A DNA stretch of 64,000 nt from contig JALDZX010000042.1 of the NCBI GenBank assembly GCA_022813865.1, positions 62,001-126,000 on the forward strand, written 5' to 3'. How positions within the stretch are numbered: position 1 is the stretch's first letter; the number at the start of each line of letters is the position of its first letter. The position numbers were made by a program, and so were the translations under genes. This document shows positions 22,921 to 34,693 of the stretch, piece after piece. The notes under the pieces were generated by a model. It made no database searches. It saw nothing but the letters and a program-made list of their open reading frames with translations, and was not told the DNA's origin. The stretch comes from Xylographa opegraphella. Taxonomy: Eukaryota.

Positions 22921-24708
22921 ATGTTCACCCCCCAACCCCTAACCGTCACCAACCTCTCTACCCAGCGTATCCACCCACAACCCCTTCCCACCCACCCAAC
23001 CACCACCCCACTCTCCATCATCGACGCCAAAGTCGCCCAATTCGGCCCCGCCGCCGGCGTATGGTTCTTCCCCGCCCCTCACCCTCCCTCCGACTGCCCC
23101 CCACCCTTCTCGCCCCACCTCCTCCGCCTCTCAATCCGAAAAACCTTCTCCGCCTACCCCCAATGGGCCGGCCGCGTGTCAGCCGTGCCGCACCCGTCCA
23201 TCCAAGCCCCTCAATCCGCGACCCAACCCTTCCCCCAACACGCACGACGCCCGCGCCGCCTTTTCGTGACGTACGGCACGGGCGCGGATCCCGGAGCGGT
23301 GTTCAGCACGGCGGCGTGCGCGCAGACGCTGGCGGAGGTGGTGCCGAGCCCCGAGGCGCGGGCGGGCATGCGGGAGGGGTGGGATGCCGCGGCGCTGGAC
23401 GTGGAGCGGTTCCTGCCGGAGATGGAGGTCTGGTTCAGCGCGGGCTTCGAGCACGGGGAGGGCGAGCATCTAGGCATGGGGGTGTGCGTGACGCGGTTCG
23501 CGTGCGGGGGCGTGGCCATAGGGGTCAAGATGGCGCATTGTCTGGCTGACGCGGCGGCGATGACCGGCTTCGTGAAGGGGTGGGCGGGCGTGCATTGCGA
23601 TCTGCTGAGGATGTGCGAGGGGGACAGCGATCTGTGGAGGGAGATGGAAGTGGGCAACGACGGGAGTAGCGTACTGGACGAGGCTCAAGGCGAGGAAATA
23701 CTGCGTCTGCTGAAAGAGGTGCATCCGGCCCCCGTCTTCGATCCTTCGCTTCTCGACGCCACGGCCGCAGGCGACATCGACGCCCCGGCCGCCGATCCCG
23801 AGCTCCTGGCGCGTGCGCGACAGCTGCCGCAGCACCAGTACGACTGGTGGGCATCCGGCGGCGACTGTCCGGAATCGATGCAGGCGGCCTGTGCGGTCCC
23901 GGCCGGTTTCGACGGTCGGAGGATGGGAGACTCGATCCCATGGCACGAATGGGACTTCGACGTCGAGGTCGCGCACCGGGTGCTTCATTTTTCGGCGAAC
24001 GAGCTGGAGAATATCTGGAGAGCGGCGTCCGATAGTCCGGACGATAGGGATGCGGGAACGAAAAGCAGAATCAGCCGGCACGACGCCTTGCTGGCATTTG
24101 TCTGGATGCTCGTGAACCGCGCTCGCGGTTTTACGCTCGATGCAGATTCTGTGCATCTGAACATGACGCTGGGGCTCCGGGCACGGCTCTTGCTGCCCGA
24201 ATACTTCGTCGGCTCACCACTCCTGCTGGCTCGAGTGTCCTCCGCTGGCCAGGAAGCCTGCGACGGGGCGCGACTGGCTGCAACAGCCAAGCAGATGCGC
24301 GACACCCTGGGCGCGTTCGATCGCCCGGCACTGGGTGCCATATTGCACGACACGATGTTCCAGGAAAGCCCGCAGCGAGTCTGGAACGGGTTCCTGGGCA
24401 TTCGCGATGTGATTGTCACGAGTTGGGCGCGGCTGGGAACCTACGGCATCAGCTTTGACCCGCGGTCGAGAAAAGGGCCCTGGCTCGTTCAGCCGGTGAT
24501 GCCTGCGGTGGATGGGATCATAGAGATCATGGAAGCGCCGTTCATCGTGGACGGAGGGCAGGAGGTACAGGTCGACGGAGAGGAGAACAGATCGTGGTAT
24601 GCGGGTGGCGTGGACGTGGATCTGAACTTCGACAAGGTGGTCGTGGAGAAGTTGATAGCTGACGAGATGCTGAGAAAGTTTGCCGTGAGCTGGGTAGATC
24701 TTCTCTGA
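22921..24708 (+). CDS. CoA-dependent acyltransferase (PF02458-type BAHD/Tri101-like transferase)
   Basis: Intronless, 595 aa. N-terminal TPLSIIDA, TRFACGGVAIGVKMAHCLADA (HXXXD), SRHDALLAFVW, VTSWARLGTYGISF (degenerate DFG region). Confidence 0.9.
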   Translation: MFTPQPLTVTNLSTQRIHPQPLPTHPTTTPLSIIDAKVAQFGPAAGVWFFPAPHPPSDCPPPFSPHLLRLSIRKTFSAYPQWAGRVSAVPHPSIQAPQSATQPFPQHARRPRRLFVTYGTGADPGAVFSTAACAQTLAEVVPSPEARAGMREGWDAAALDVERFLPEMEVWFSAGFEHGEGEHLGMGVCVTRFACGGVAIGVKMAHCLADAAAMTGFVKGWAGVHCDLLRMCEGDSDLWREMEVGNDGSSVLDEAQGEEILRLLKEVHPAPVFDPSLLDATAAGDIDAPAADPELLARARQLPQHQYDWWASGGDCPESMQAACAVPAGFDGRRMGDSIPWHEWDFDVEVAHRVLHFSANELENIWRAASDSPDDRDAGTKSRISRHDALLAFVWMLVNRARGFTLDADSVHLNMTLGLRARLLLPEYFVGSPLLLARVSSAGQEACDGARLAATAKQMRDTLGAFDRPALGAILHDTMFQESPQRVWNGFLGIRDVIVTSWARLGTYGISFDPRSRKGPWLVQPVMPAVDGIIEIMEAPFIVDGGQEVQVDGEENRSWYAGGVDVDLNFDKVVVEKLIADEMLRKFAVSWVDLL

Positions 24709-25637
24709 ATATGCGTCAGAGCTCCTCCAGAAGACTCAGACATTGCCTTGTGATCTACCCCTTTTCTTCGCCACGTGAATATACGGTCTCGCAATAACAC
24801 CACGAGTACATCAGTCAAAATGGAAGCAAATTCAAAACCACGGACAACTGCCTTAACCGGCTTCCCTTAGCCACAACATATTTCGGCAAACAGAGCGTGT
24901 GATCACAGGTATAGGTCAAACACGTTCTAGCGACACGTTGACTACCGCCGGCAGAATATTTACCCATATATTCCAATTGAATGAATAGACAAGCAAACGA
25001 CCAAAAATGGGACCAACCATCCACCCCATAAAAAGCGCTCAATCACCATCAACGACACGATACCATTTGTACTCATCCTCCTCAGACAACCTCTCCAAGC
25101 TCTTACTACTTTGCAGGTCGATCAAAGGCCATGCGCAAAAACCCCTAATACCAGTAAAACAACAGATGCTGCTTCATATCTTCAAGCATGCATCATGCTA
25201 GCTCTAACCCTCGACCCTAGTATTTGGTTCGAAGCAGTATGTGTTGGACGGAAGCGCTGCCACTGGCTGCTGGTATGAAAAACGTTCAATACAGCAGTTA
25301 CATCGATGCTGCATTAAGCGTTACACAAAGTAAGCCGCGTCCCGTAAATACGTGTATCTAGTGGGTATAGTAAATTTGAATCCCGAGCCAAGAAAAGGTC
25401 TGCAAGGTACGGACAAAATAGAGAACGATCACACCCATACGTATCAATTGCAGCCAAGGAATTCAGAATCACACAACAGCGACGAGTGCAAGTCAGCAGT
25501 ATTGGACGTATGTGGTGCATATATCTGCCAATATTGGAATGAAGAAGCAACCTAGAAACTCATACATAAAAGCTACATACGGCTTGTTTGTTGCCAATGT
25601 TCATATCTTTACAACCATAGCAGCGGGACACAGCTCC

Positions 25638-27274
25638 TTACAGCTCTTCCAGTCCGGTCAGCTGGTATCCATGATAGCCATCACCTCCAAACAGCTTTTC
25701 GCCCTCCATGTTCCATCCTTCCTTCTTATTGAGCCAGTGTCCGCCTAGGAATTGTCTGATGCAGGTATCATCCGGCTTCTTCTGCGGCGACTCGAGAGGC
25801 ACAAGCTTGTAGAAATTCTCGTCCATGATAGTGGGTTCGCAAGAACAACGGTGAGCTGAATGTGGTGGACAGTGACTGTGGTGAAGCACACCGTTTAGCG
25901 ACCGATGCCGATAAGAACATGGCAACATACCGGTTGATATCATGCTGATAGCCAATGTCCCTGAAAAACCAGATCTCACTCTTCGGCACAAACATTGCAA
26001 CACTCAGCGTGTGTATCGGCGCATCTCCGAACCTTTCGTAGAAAAACCCTCCTCCACGATCCAACCAGTCGAAATATTTCTCGTTTGCCTCACCACGAAA
26101 GTAGTTCAAGTTTCCTACCTCGAAATTTGAAAAGAATTGGCAGTTGTTGTAGTCGCCGCTATTATGAGGATCGAGTAACCAATCCAGGTCAGCCTCAGGA
26201 TGGACGAGTTCAGGATGAGCGTTGATAAAGGAACGCGTTCGTGACCATAGTGAAGGAAACGACCTCGCGTCATCGAGAATATTCATATTGAAGCCATATT
26301 TCATATTGTTGTCACGCATGAACCGGAAAACGTCGTAGTCAATGTCACAGAAGAAATGAACCTGTTGCACAATGTCAGATTCAGCAGCCGATCACACATA
26401 GTTCGACTTGCATCAGGCTCGACTCGCCAATACCAATCAAAATCCTTCAGCCTTGGGTGCTTGTAAAAGAACCCGCTATTCCATCGACACATGTGGCGGT
26501 AGCTAATCATCCATCCTTTGCCGACACCAATAGTACCCAGATATTCGAGGCTGTTCATGAAACGACCTTCATCAACCCAATCTGGAAGAGACCAGTGCTC
26601 ATTCGGCACAACTTCGTAGTGACATTTGGCAGAGGTAAGATTTTGCGTTGCTTGCTACGTCTGCGTCAGATGGTCCAGGGTGTTCACTGAATAAGGCATA
26701 CCTTGAACTCTTCACTGAAAGGCTCGTCGTTGAAGAAGATCCATGGATACTGATACTTGCGATTCCAATGGTATTCTAGCTGACGCATGCTCTGCATTAG
26801 ACCTGGGAGCTCTGAGTTGCGCACAAGACTTATAAGGGCGGCACGAGGTCTTTGTGAAAGATGAGACGTGATCGGACTCAATAGCTTTAAGCCCGTTGTC
26901 ACAGCGTATTTGTTGTTCGAATTCTTCTCCAGCCATCTAAGCGGATTCGGAGCATTCTTATGGGTTATCGATGGTGAAAGAGGTTGAAGAACTTGGTAGG
27001 GACTTGTAGCAGGCTGAGGTAGAGTGATGTGTACAACACGCCGTCTCCAAGCAGATGGAGGTGGTGCGACCCAAACAAACAATGCAAGTGCCAGGCATAC
27101 TACCATAGCAGCTTGCCTCTTTGTCATGGCGCTTCGGACCTTTGCTGGGACGTATCGCCTAGGTGACCAGCGCGAGGGCGTCCTCGGAGATGTCCAAAAA
27201 CTGGTCGAGGAAGAAGCTGAGCTCGATGAGGATGATGATGAATAGTCGGCTGAGGGCAGCCAAAACTTCGCCAT
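25638..27274 (-). CDS. Glycosyltransferase family 15 (Kre2/Ktr-type alpha-mannosyltransferase), 4 exons
   Basis: Type II TM AAMVVCLALALFVWV, RAALISLVRNSEL, YPWIFFNDEPF, SYRHMCRWNSGFF, YWRVEPD, CQFFSNFE, GGFFYERFGDAPIH. An in-frame upstream ATG at 27394 is an alternative start. Confidence 0.93.
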
Positions 27275-27930
27275 TGAGGACCGAGACTGCAATGGGGTTG
27301 CAAGCAGTTTTGATGTTTTCTTCACCCTAAATCCCTGCTGCTCCGTAGCAAGTATACCCTCAAATATGGACAGTCCAGAATTTGAGATACTCATGCTCGA
27401 CTACTCTAATGCGGAATGCCAATCAACTCCCAAGTGTTGAAACAACTTTACAGTCATCCAAGCGAACATCAAAGATGTGTACTGATGAGGATACTGGATA
27501 GAGTTTTTGCATTTGATGACGGGAGACAGTGGTGCACAGAATCCAGCATGTTTCCAAGCAAGAAAGATGACCGCGCCTTGGCGCTGTGTTGAAGTTAAAG
27601 CAGTAAGGGCTTCGGCAGAATACACCCTAGCTCGATTTAAGTGTCCTTCGCTTTGTTCTTTCCTAACCACGGAATTCACAACGATAACATTCCATGCTCA
27701 AGAGTCCCCTGACACGCTACGACAGATAAGGTGCGAGAATACTCGTCATACGCGTTTATCTTTTGCCTGCGACCTGACTGCACCCATGGAGTTCTCGCGT
27801 AGAATCAGGCCTAGGTATGCTCATCTAATTCAAGCATCTGCGTGAATTAACACAGTACCAAATATCGGGGACCGTCGCGACCTGTCCATTCTCAGTACGA
27901 TTGGGGGTTGACCAGTATGCGAACTCTATT

Positions 27931-30900
27931 TCATGTATCCATAGCGTAGTCCTCATCCATACCATCCTCGGTGATCTTCAAGACCTTTGAGTATGGCACA
28001 GTGATGCGCTGCAGATCACGATGTTTACCTGCCCACGATTAGCCATGAAAGATGGACGACTGGGTCGCACTCACCCAAGATTAATACGACACCTTTAAGC
28101 AATTCTTTTCGAGGCCACCCGCACAGTCTTCTGGTAGGATTCTCCCAATTCCTGTCCTTGGGAGGAGGGATCGGATCCGTGCTTTGCAGCTCAGCTGCCA
28201 GAGGATCCTCGTAAATGCTACCTAACAGGCCACCAAGAAGCTCCTCAACTTTCGACTTCAATCCCTCAGCACCAAGTCTCTTCGCATACATATACAAATA
28301 CATTTTGAACTCCTCCCTTGCTCCTAACATCATTGCTGCCGCAACTCGGTTCTCTAAGTGCGCTATGGAAACACTCGATTCGAAACCTTCGAAGCCCTCC
28401 CGAGGTAGTAATTGCTTTACCAGGCGTTGAAGAAAGTAAGCTTTTCCACGAACCAGCGTCTCATTAGTAGTCTGTCTCTCAAGATAAGGGATGATGCCAG
28501 CAGAGACGTTTGCGGTGGCTTGATGCCGCTCAGTTTGCTTTACAGAGGAACTGAGGTTGCCCACGGAAGAGTCGGCCGTGTTCCAGTACTGACTACCAAC
28601 AGCCCACCAGACCTCGGACAGACGCTGCCATGCAAACATCGACGGCGAGTAAGCATAGCCGTCGCCGTTGGTCAATGTGACCACTATGCGCCCTTCGCTG
28701 TTCAGCCTGGCAGAGGTCACTGCCGGAGCTTTTGTGGGGTGAGCTTGGAGACTGTGTGCGGCGATATCAAGTATTGGAGCCAGGGATACTGGAGGGTGAG
28801 GCGCAGAGAGGTTATTCACGTCCCAGACATAGCACATACCCACAGCCGTAACACATAGGAGCCATGAGTCTTTACTCTCAATGATTACCGGTTGACTCTC
28901 AAGAACCAGGGCGTTGATCATTCTTCTTCCCGCGGGCGTCCATGTGTATAGCGTTCCATCCTCACACGCCGCAGCCCAGAAGTGGGGACTCCCTGTCAAC
29001 AACAGAACACTCTTGGGAAGAAAATCTTGCCAAAGTGGCTGACCGCTTCGAGTCACCGCCAATCTTGCTGGTTCATGATCTTCTTGGCGACCAGTTGGAG
29101 AAGGTCCGGTCGGGTTGCGGGCTTCGAACACGGTGTCGGCGTGGCCAGCAGGAACAGGGAGTCCGTTGAGCCCAGCTTCTGTTGAAGATTGTGTTTGAGT
29201 ACCCTGATCAACCTTATCAGATACGCCACTGATAACGTGTGCTCTCACTCTAGGAACGGCGAGCCGAACTTGACTGGTGAGAAGACTCGGGTTTACAACA
29301 GCCGGTCGAATGAATTCGGGCGTGGGTGTTTGGCCGGAGTCTGAGGCCTTGTTGTTAGCTGGAGTGAGACCGGTGAGAGTGTTCAGCAGTATCGGTGTAG
29401 CACCATGTTGGCTTGCAAGTGCGATCTTCTTTGGTAGATGACCTTCGTCGTCGCCTTCACTTGGCGCGAGCTTTCGCTTATTGCCAAGCAATAACGCCGC
29501 TAAACCACCTTTGGGTAGCCCGTCAAACGGCTTGGAGAGGTCCAGAATGGTCTTTGGCCCGTCGTTTACTGTACCTGCAGCATTGGACATCGAAGCCATG
29601 AGCTGCGTCCTCGGTAACGATGATTCGCCAGTAGCAGAGGATGAGACAAGTAACGGTGCAATGCGTTTCTTCCCGTCCTTAGTGATTGTAACGCGCTGTT
29701 TCAGCCGCTCGAGCTTTTCGGCATGTGGATCTTTATTATCCAGCTGCTTGGGCTCATCGTGGCTGCCTGTTTGGTCATTGCGGGTAGAAGAGATTCCGTT
29801 AGTGGCTAAGTTATTGGGACGGGTCGGCTGAACATCCCCATTGCTTGGTGGTGCGGTGGTGCCTGTGATATCACCCATGAGAGCTCCCATTCGACCCTCG
29901 ACCCCACGGATCTCGCCCTCTCTGCTTCTGTCCTCGAGCAGAAGTCCTTCCGGCCCCTCCACCATGCCTGCCCCTCGCCGACCGCCACCGAACTTCGCAA
30001 GAGCTTTCTCATTCTCCTCCATGCTGACCCCGTGCCCAAGCTCACCTTCTTCGAACACGACGGTTGTTATGCTTCCATCTAAACTGGTCACGAATAGATT
30101 TTTTCCGTCTGGACTCCATGCCAAGTCAGATATAGACTTTACAGCCAGTTCTTGGGTAATAAGGAGAGGTCTTGGATTACTTGTAATCCAAACACTTAAA
30201 GCTTTGTCTTGACCGGCGCAGGCAATTACTGTGACGAGGTTCGATGATAGCTGACCGTTTGCACCACGAGGGAGGCCCTCGATTGGGTGTTTTGAAAACA
30301 GACGCGGCGAAAAGGCGCAAACCTCCACTGGGCCTTCATGTCCGATTAAATGAATGTCGCCATCCCATGAACCTCGGTTGATGATAGCCACTGAACTTAC
30401 AGGGCCGTTGACAGCATTTGCCGCAGCAATATGATTGCCATCCGGAGACCAAGAACAGCGGCGGAAGTAGGTGGTGAGAGGAGATGCAACGAAGGGGGCA
30501 CTGATCGTTTTCTCGAGCATGAAATTGTTCGTTTGGTCGTGGGCGGAAGAGTTTGGACCAGGGGGGGTGAAGCGAAAGATCTTCACCGTCCGATCATCGC
30601 TAGCAGTAGCAAAATACTTATTTGCAGGGTCAAACGTCAGCCCTTTGACGTGACTTTGGTGAGCCGAGATTGTCTTGAGCTTCTCGAACGTGTGCCCCGA
30701 CCACACAACCACCTTGGAGTCCAATCCCACCGAGACCAGTATCGAAGAATCATACGACCAACCTAGGTCCTGGACATCATTATCATGACCGATGAGTCGC
30801 CGAAATATTCGCCAATTCTCCACTGGCGGTGCTTCATTTGTTCCTACTCCTTCATCAGCATTCTTAGATGTACTGCCTGGCCGATTCTGCCTGCCTACTC

Positions 30901-31292
30901 ACCAAATGTTGCTGCATGCGGCGGCGCATTGAGATCCAGAGTGTATACACACACGATCTTGTCATCGGCGCCGGATGCCAGGAACTTCCCACTGGAGGAG
31001 AAGCGGACGGTATGAATTGTGCCCGAGTGGTAGCTCATCGACGCCAGCTGCCTGAGCTCCGTGCTGCTTGGGTTCGCGGCATTGTAGATGGCGGCTGTCG
31101 ACCAGATGCGGACATGCCCATCTAGTGGTAACTATCAGCACTTGTTTTCCATACGGCCCCCTACGCGTAAAACAGCTTGCCTCCGGCAGCAGTGACGAGC
31201 CTGCTTCCATCTGGAGATACGTGACAGCTGTACACCTCGAAGTCCTTCTTCTCGCCGCCATGGGCCAGCCATACCGGCCGAATGAAATGCAT
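27931..31292 (-). CDS. HIR1: Histone chaperone HIR1/HIRA, 4 exons
   Basis: MHFIRPVWLAHGGEKKDFEVYSCHVSPDG, WD40 repeats (GHDNDVQDLGWS), HIRA B motif QRVTITKDGKKRIAP, Hira C-terminal SIAHLENRVAAA, last exon GKHRDLQRITVPY..MDT-stop at 27931. Confidence 0.95.
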
Positions 31293-33707
31293 GGCAGCAG
31301 CTATAGCGCCAAAGCGATTGGCGCGTCCCTCATTGTGACGAGTGGTAAGTCTTGTCGCGACGGTGAACACGAATGGCCGAGTTCGCCGAGGTAAGGTAAG
31401 GTACACAGTAGGTCAGTGCAGGTTCGGGTACCTGGGTGGTGAAGCAGGGATAGGTAGAGAGTTACTACCTTAGGTTTGGTACATGTGAGCTTGCCTCCTG
31501 CCCTTCAAGGGGGCGCGGGAAGCGGACTGCGGCACGGTGGATATGATCACGCTAACGAAGGCCAGATGCTTGTTTAAGCTTTTTCAATGTTACAAGTACG
31601 GCGTTGTGCGTGCTCGCGAAGGGCACATGAAGCGAGACTTACCCCGTACTCGGCAGTTAGTAGCATGTAATATTGAGCCTAACTTCCTACGTAGCCACCC
31701 CGTCACATATTCCGTACCTTACCGTACCTTATCCAACATCCAGAGGTGTATAAATAGGACTGGTGCCAAGCATCTGATCCCAAGGTAGGTAAGTGGCTGA
31801 GGCCCTCTAAGGTAAGGCCCGTACCGTGGATGGCTTCAACATCGGTGGTATGCTGTAAGGTCTCATTACCAGGTCTGCGACCCGCTGCGCCAGAGTCTTT
31901 TTACAGGGAGAAAGACAATCAATTGAGCGTCTTAAATGCTCTACACTTGAGCAAATGCTCACTCGCCGTTGGCAATACCGAGCAGTGCCTACCGAAATGA
32001 GAGTCGTGTCTTTTAGTAATGATGTTGCTGACCAGTGTGGTTGATTGACCATGTAGTCCTCCTTTCTGTGGGGAGATGTTCTCAAAATAGCAACTCTGAT
32101 TAACGGATTGGCCGACGCCATTGATATTGGCTTTCTAGATCGAAGCTGTACATGCCACACCACCCACGCTCGAAGATCGCAACGTGCCACCTGTCATGGG
32201 TCCATGGCCCTTTCATACCGACGCCGAAGGCCAGAGTCGGAATCGTCCAATCTTGGTGCAGAAGCTAAGGTTGGTCGCTGTAAGCCCAGTGCTTTAGCAA
32301 GCTCCTTCCCGCATCCCATGGTTCGGCCGAGAAGGCGATTCATCCGGACTCTGCATTGAAGATCCGCGCTGATAGTACCTTGCGGCTGTCCCCAAGAGAA
32401 TCCGAAAACCAATGCCAGCAGTACCTTACAAAGCGTGCAGGATGCAGCCAGCATCAACGACAGACTGTTCTTCGGTCCATAGGTGACCCTGGAATCAGAT
32501 GCGACTATCACACCGCTCTCCTGCCAGAGATCCTCTCGACCGTCAATGTCCTTGTTGGCGACATGTCGTTATCAATCATCATGCATGAAACCGTTGGGCC
32601 TCGTGGCGTGGGTTTGCTCCGGGGTCCAGTTTATTATTGGACACAGGCCGGTGGTGGTCACACCCGGATCAATCACTGCCGAGTTTGGCATCTGCGCAAT
32701 GTTTATGTCAGGAAGGGGCTATATGCCTCTGTGCTCGCTTGCCGTACTTCGGACACCAGATGTTCATAGCCTACAGTCGACGGACAGAACGGCACAACTT
32801 CTCTCGGCCGTCCTTCCAGAATCGTGCATCATTACTCTGTATCAGGCTATTCCAGTGGTGTAGAGCCCGTGCGGGACGCTAATGGGTCTCTTGGAAAATA
32901 TCTGGAGGCTGTGATCCCAGCCAAAGGTGGCTGTCACTGAGTTTGCAACACGTTTGACGGCCCCGGATATCAAAGGTATGGAAAGCGCCGTAGAGCTATG
33001 GTATGCCGGGCTCAATGCCATTGGCTATCCATCATCCCGCTGCATTGAGTATTGCATCATTCCACGGCGTATCCCTGGTTGACTGTTTCTGGTTTACTCA
33101 CCGTCAACTCCTCCAATTGACGATGTCGAGAGTGCAACATGAATGCCGAGGTGATAGCCTTGGGCTCTTATGCCAATTCTAGCCTCCAGCGCCGGACATG
33201 TCGACTCGACATCCTGGGACAGTCAAGCTCCGAATCTGCTGGGGTTTCGGCATGTATCAGAAGCTTGACACCAAGCCAAACTATGGCTGTGAACTCTAAT
33301 TGCGGAGACCCCGTGTTGCGGGAGACTTCTTCTTGTGAGTAAGTGCAAGTGCCTCTTGGCCGCGGTCGCTGAGTGATGGCTGTTATTGTTTATTCGGGCA
33401 GTGGGTCTGTTATTTCATGTTATACAACTCGGAACCAGATGCACGGGACAAACCCCAAAAAGAGATCATCACGATCCATAATTTTAGCACGTTTAGTTGC
33501 AATGAAATGTGGGGGCCACCGCTGAGCGGAACACGAGATTGAGCTAACATGAATCTCACTGCCTCAATCCAATCAGGGGCTCTGACCACTCTATATTCAT
33601 ATGGTGCTGCTTTGCGGTAGATATACAAAGGCATTGGATCGTGCTAAACTCGTGATACTTTTGCCAGCAGAGCTCTCGCATCAAAATCTTCTCCTCGTAT
33701 CGCCATT

Positions 33708-34693
33708 ATGGATCCTAACTACTTCGCAACGTATCATGACGAAGCTCAAATTCCTGTCACTACCAGTGTATCATGCGATATGCCTTTTACTAGTGGCCTT
33801 CTTCATCCGAATCTGCAGAGGTCGGGGTACAGTCCATACACGGTAGGTCTACCATCCGTATATGCAAAGCCAGCATGGAACCCGAAAGTTGTGTGCCGCG
33901 TCTGACCCGCACGACCATGCCTGAATACATCCTCTACAGCTCTGATTGAAGATTTTCTTCTTTTCTTCTGTTCTCGGATGTTCATCGATCGTTTGCTTCT
34001 GCCTTTCGCTTTGCCGACCGAAGATCAAGACACACGCTAAATATTCCGCAGTCTCCCGACCCAAATTATGAGAATTTCAGTTATCAAGACCAGATATATC
34101 CATTACAGTCCACACGGTCAAATTCGTACTCTTCGAACCAGCTTGAGGTCCCTCTAGAATACTACCAGGAGTTGGGAGTGGAAGACTTTGAGGAGATGCC
34201 CGAGTCAGAGAGAGCTCTTGCCAGAGAAGTAAGTTATTGCCGTGACGTTGAACAAACAAGCAACATCAAGCTTATCGTACTTTCTAGAGGAGGAAGGCAC
34301 AAAATAGGGCGGCTCAAAAGGCTTTCCGGAGACGCAAAGGTCAGGTTGAATCCTTGGCGACCTCCTTCCCCGCTGACTTTAGCTTATGTAGAATCCCGAA
34401 TACGAGAATTGGAGCAGAAGCTTAGTACCTTGCAGAAAGACTACAAAGGTCTGGAGACTTCGTTCGAGGATCTCAAAACTGAGAAAGATCAGCTGCAATC
34501 CAACCTTGAACAGCTCCTGGAAGAAAACAACAGCCTGAGGAACAGTATTGAATCGTCACCAGCCTCCATAAGCGATCTAAGCTGGTGGCCACTAAGCTTG
34601 GACGACCCTAACGATCGCCACGTCAATGCAACGACCGGGGGATCGCCTACGACCGAGAGCTTTCAATCTCGGCCGAGTGGATTACATAGATAG
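33708..34693 (+). CDS. bZIP transcription factor with a Yap/AP-1-type basic region, 4 exons
   Basis: Removing introns 33843-34051, 34229-34287 and 34340-34391 restores RRKAQNRAAQKAFRRRKESRIRELEQKL plus a heptad leucine zipper. The first exon is less certain. Confidence 0.85.

Noticed and set aside
32100..33400. Cluster of short ORFs between HIR1 and the bZIP gene
   Set aside because: No recognisable protein. It may be decayed sequence but cannot be supported without a search.
34172..34693. Single 173-aa ORF suggesting an intronless gene or a frameshift
   Set aside because: Two introns (59 + 52 nt) sum to a multiple of three, so the ORF reads the basic-region exon out of frame. Ordinary splicing explains it.
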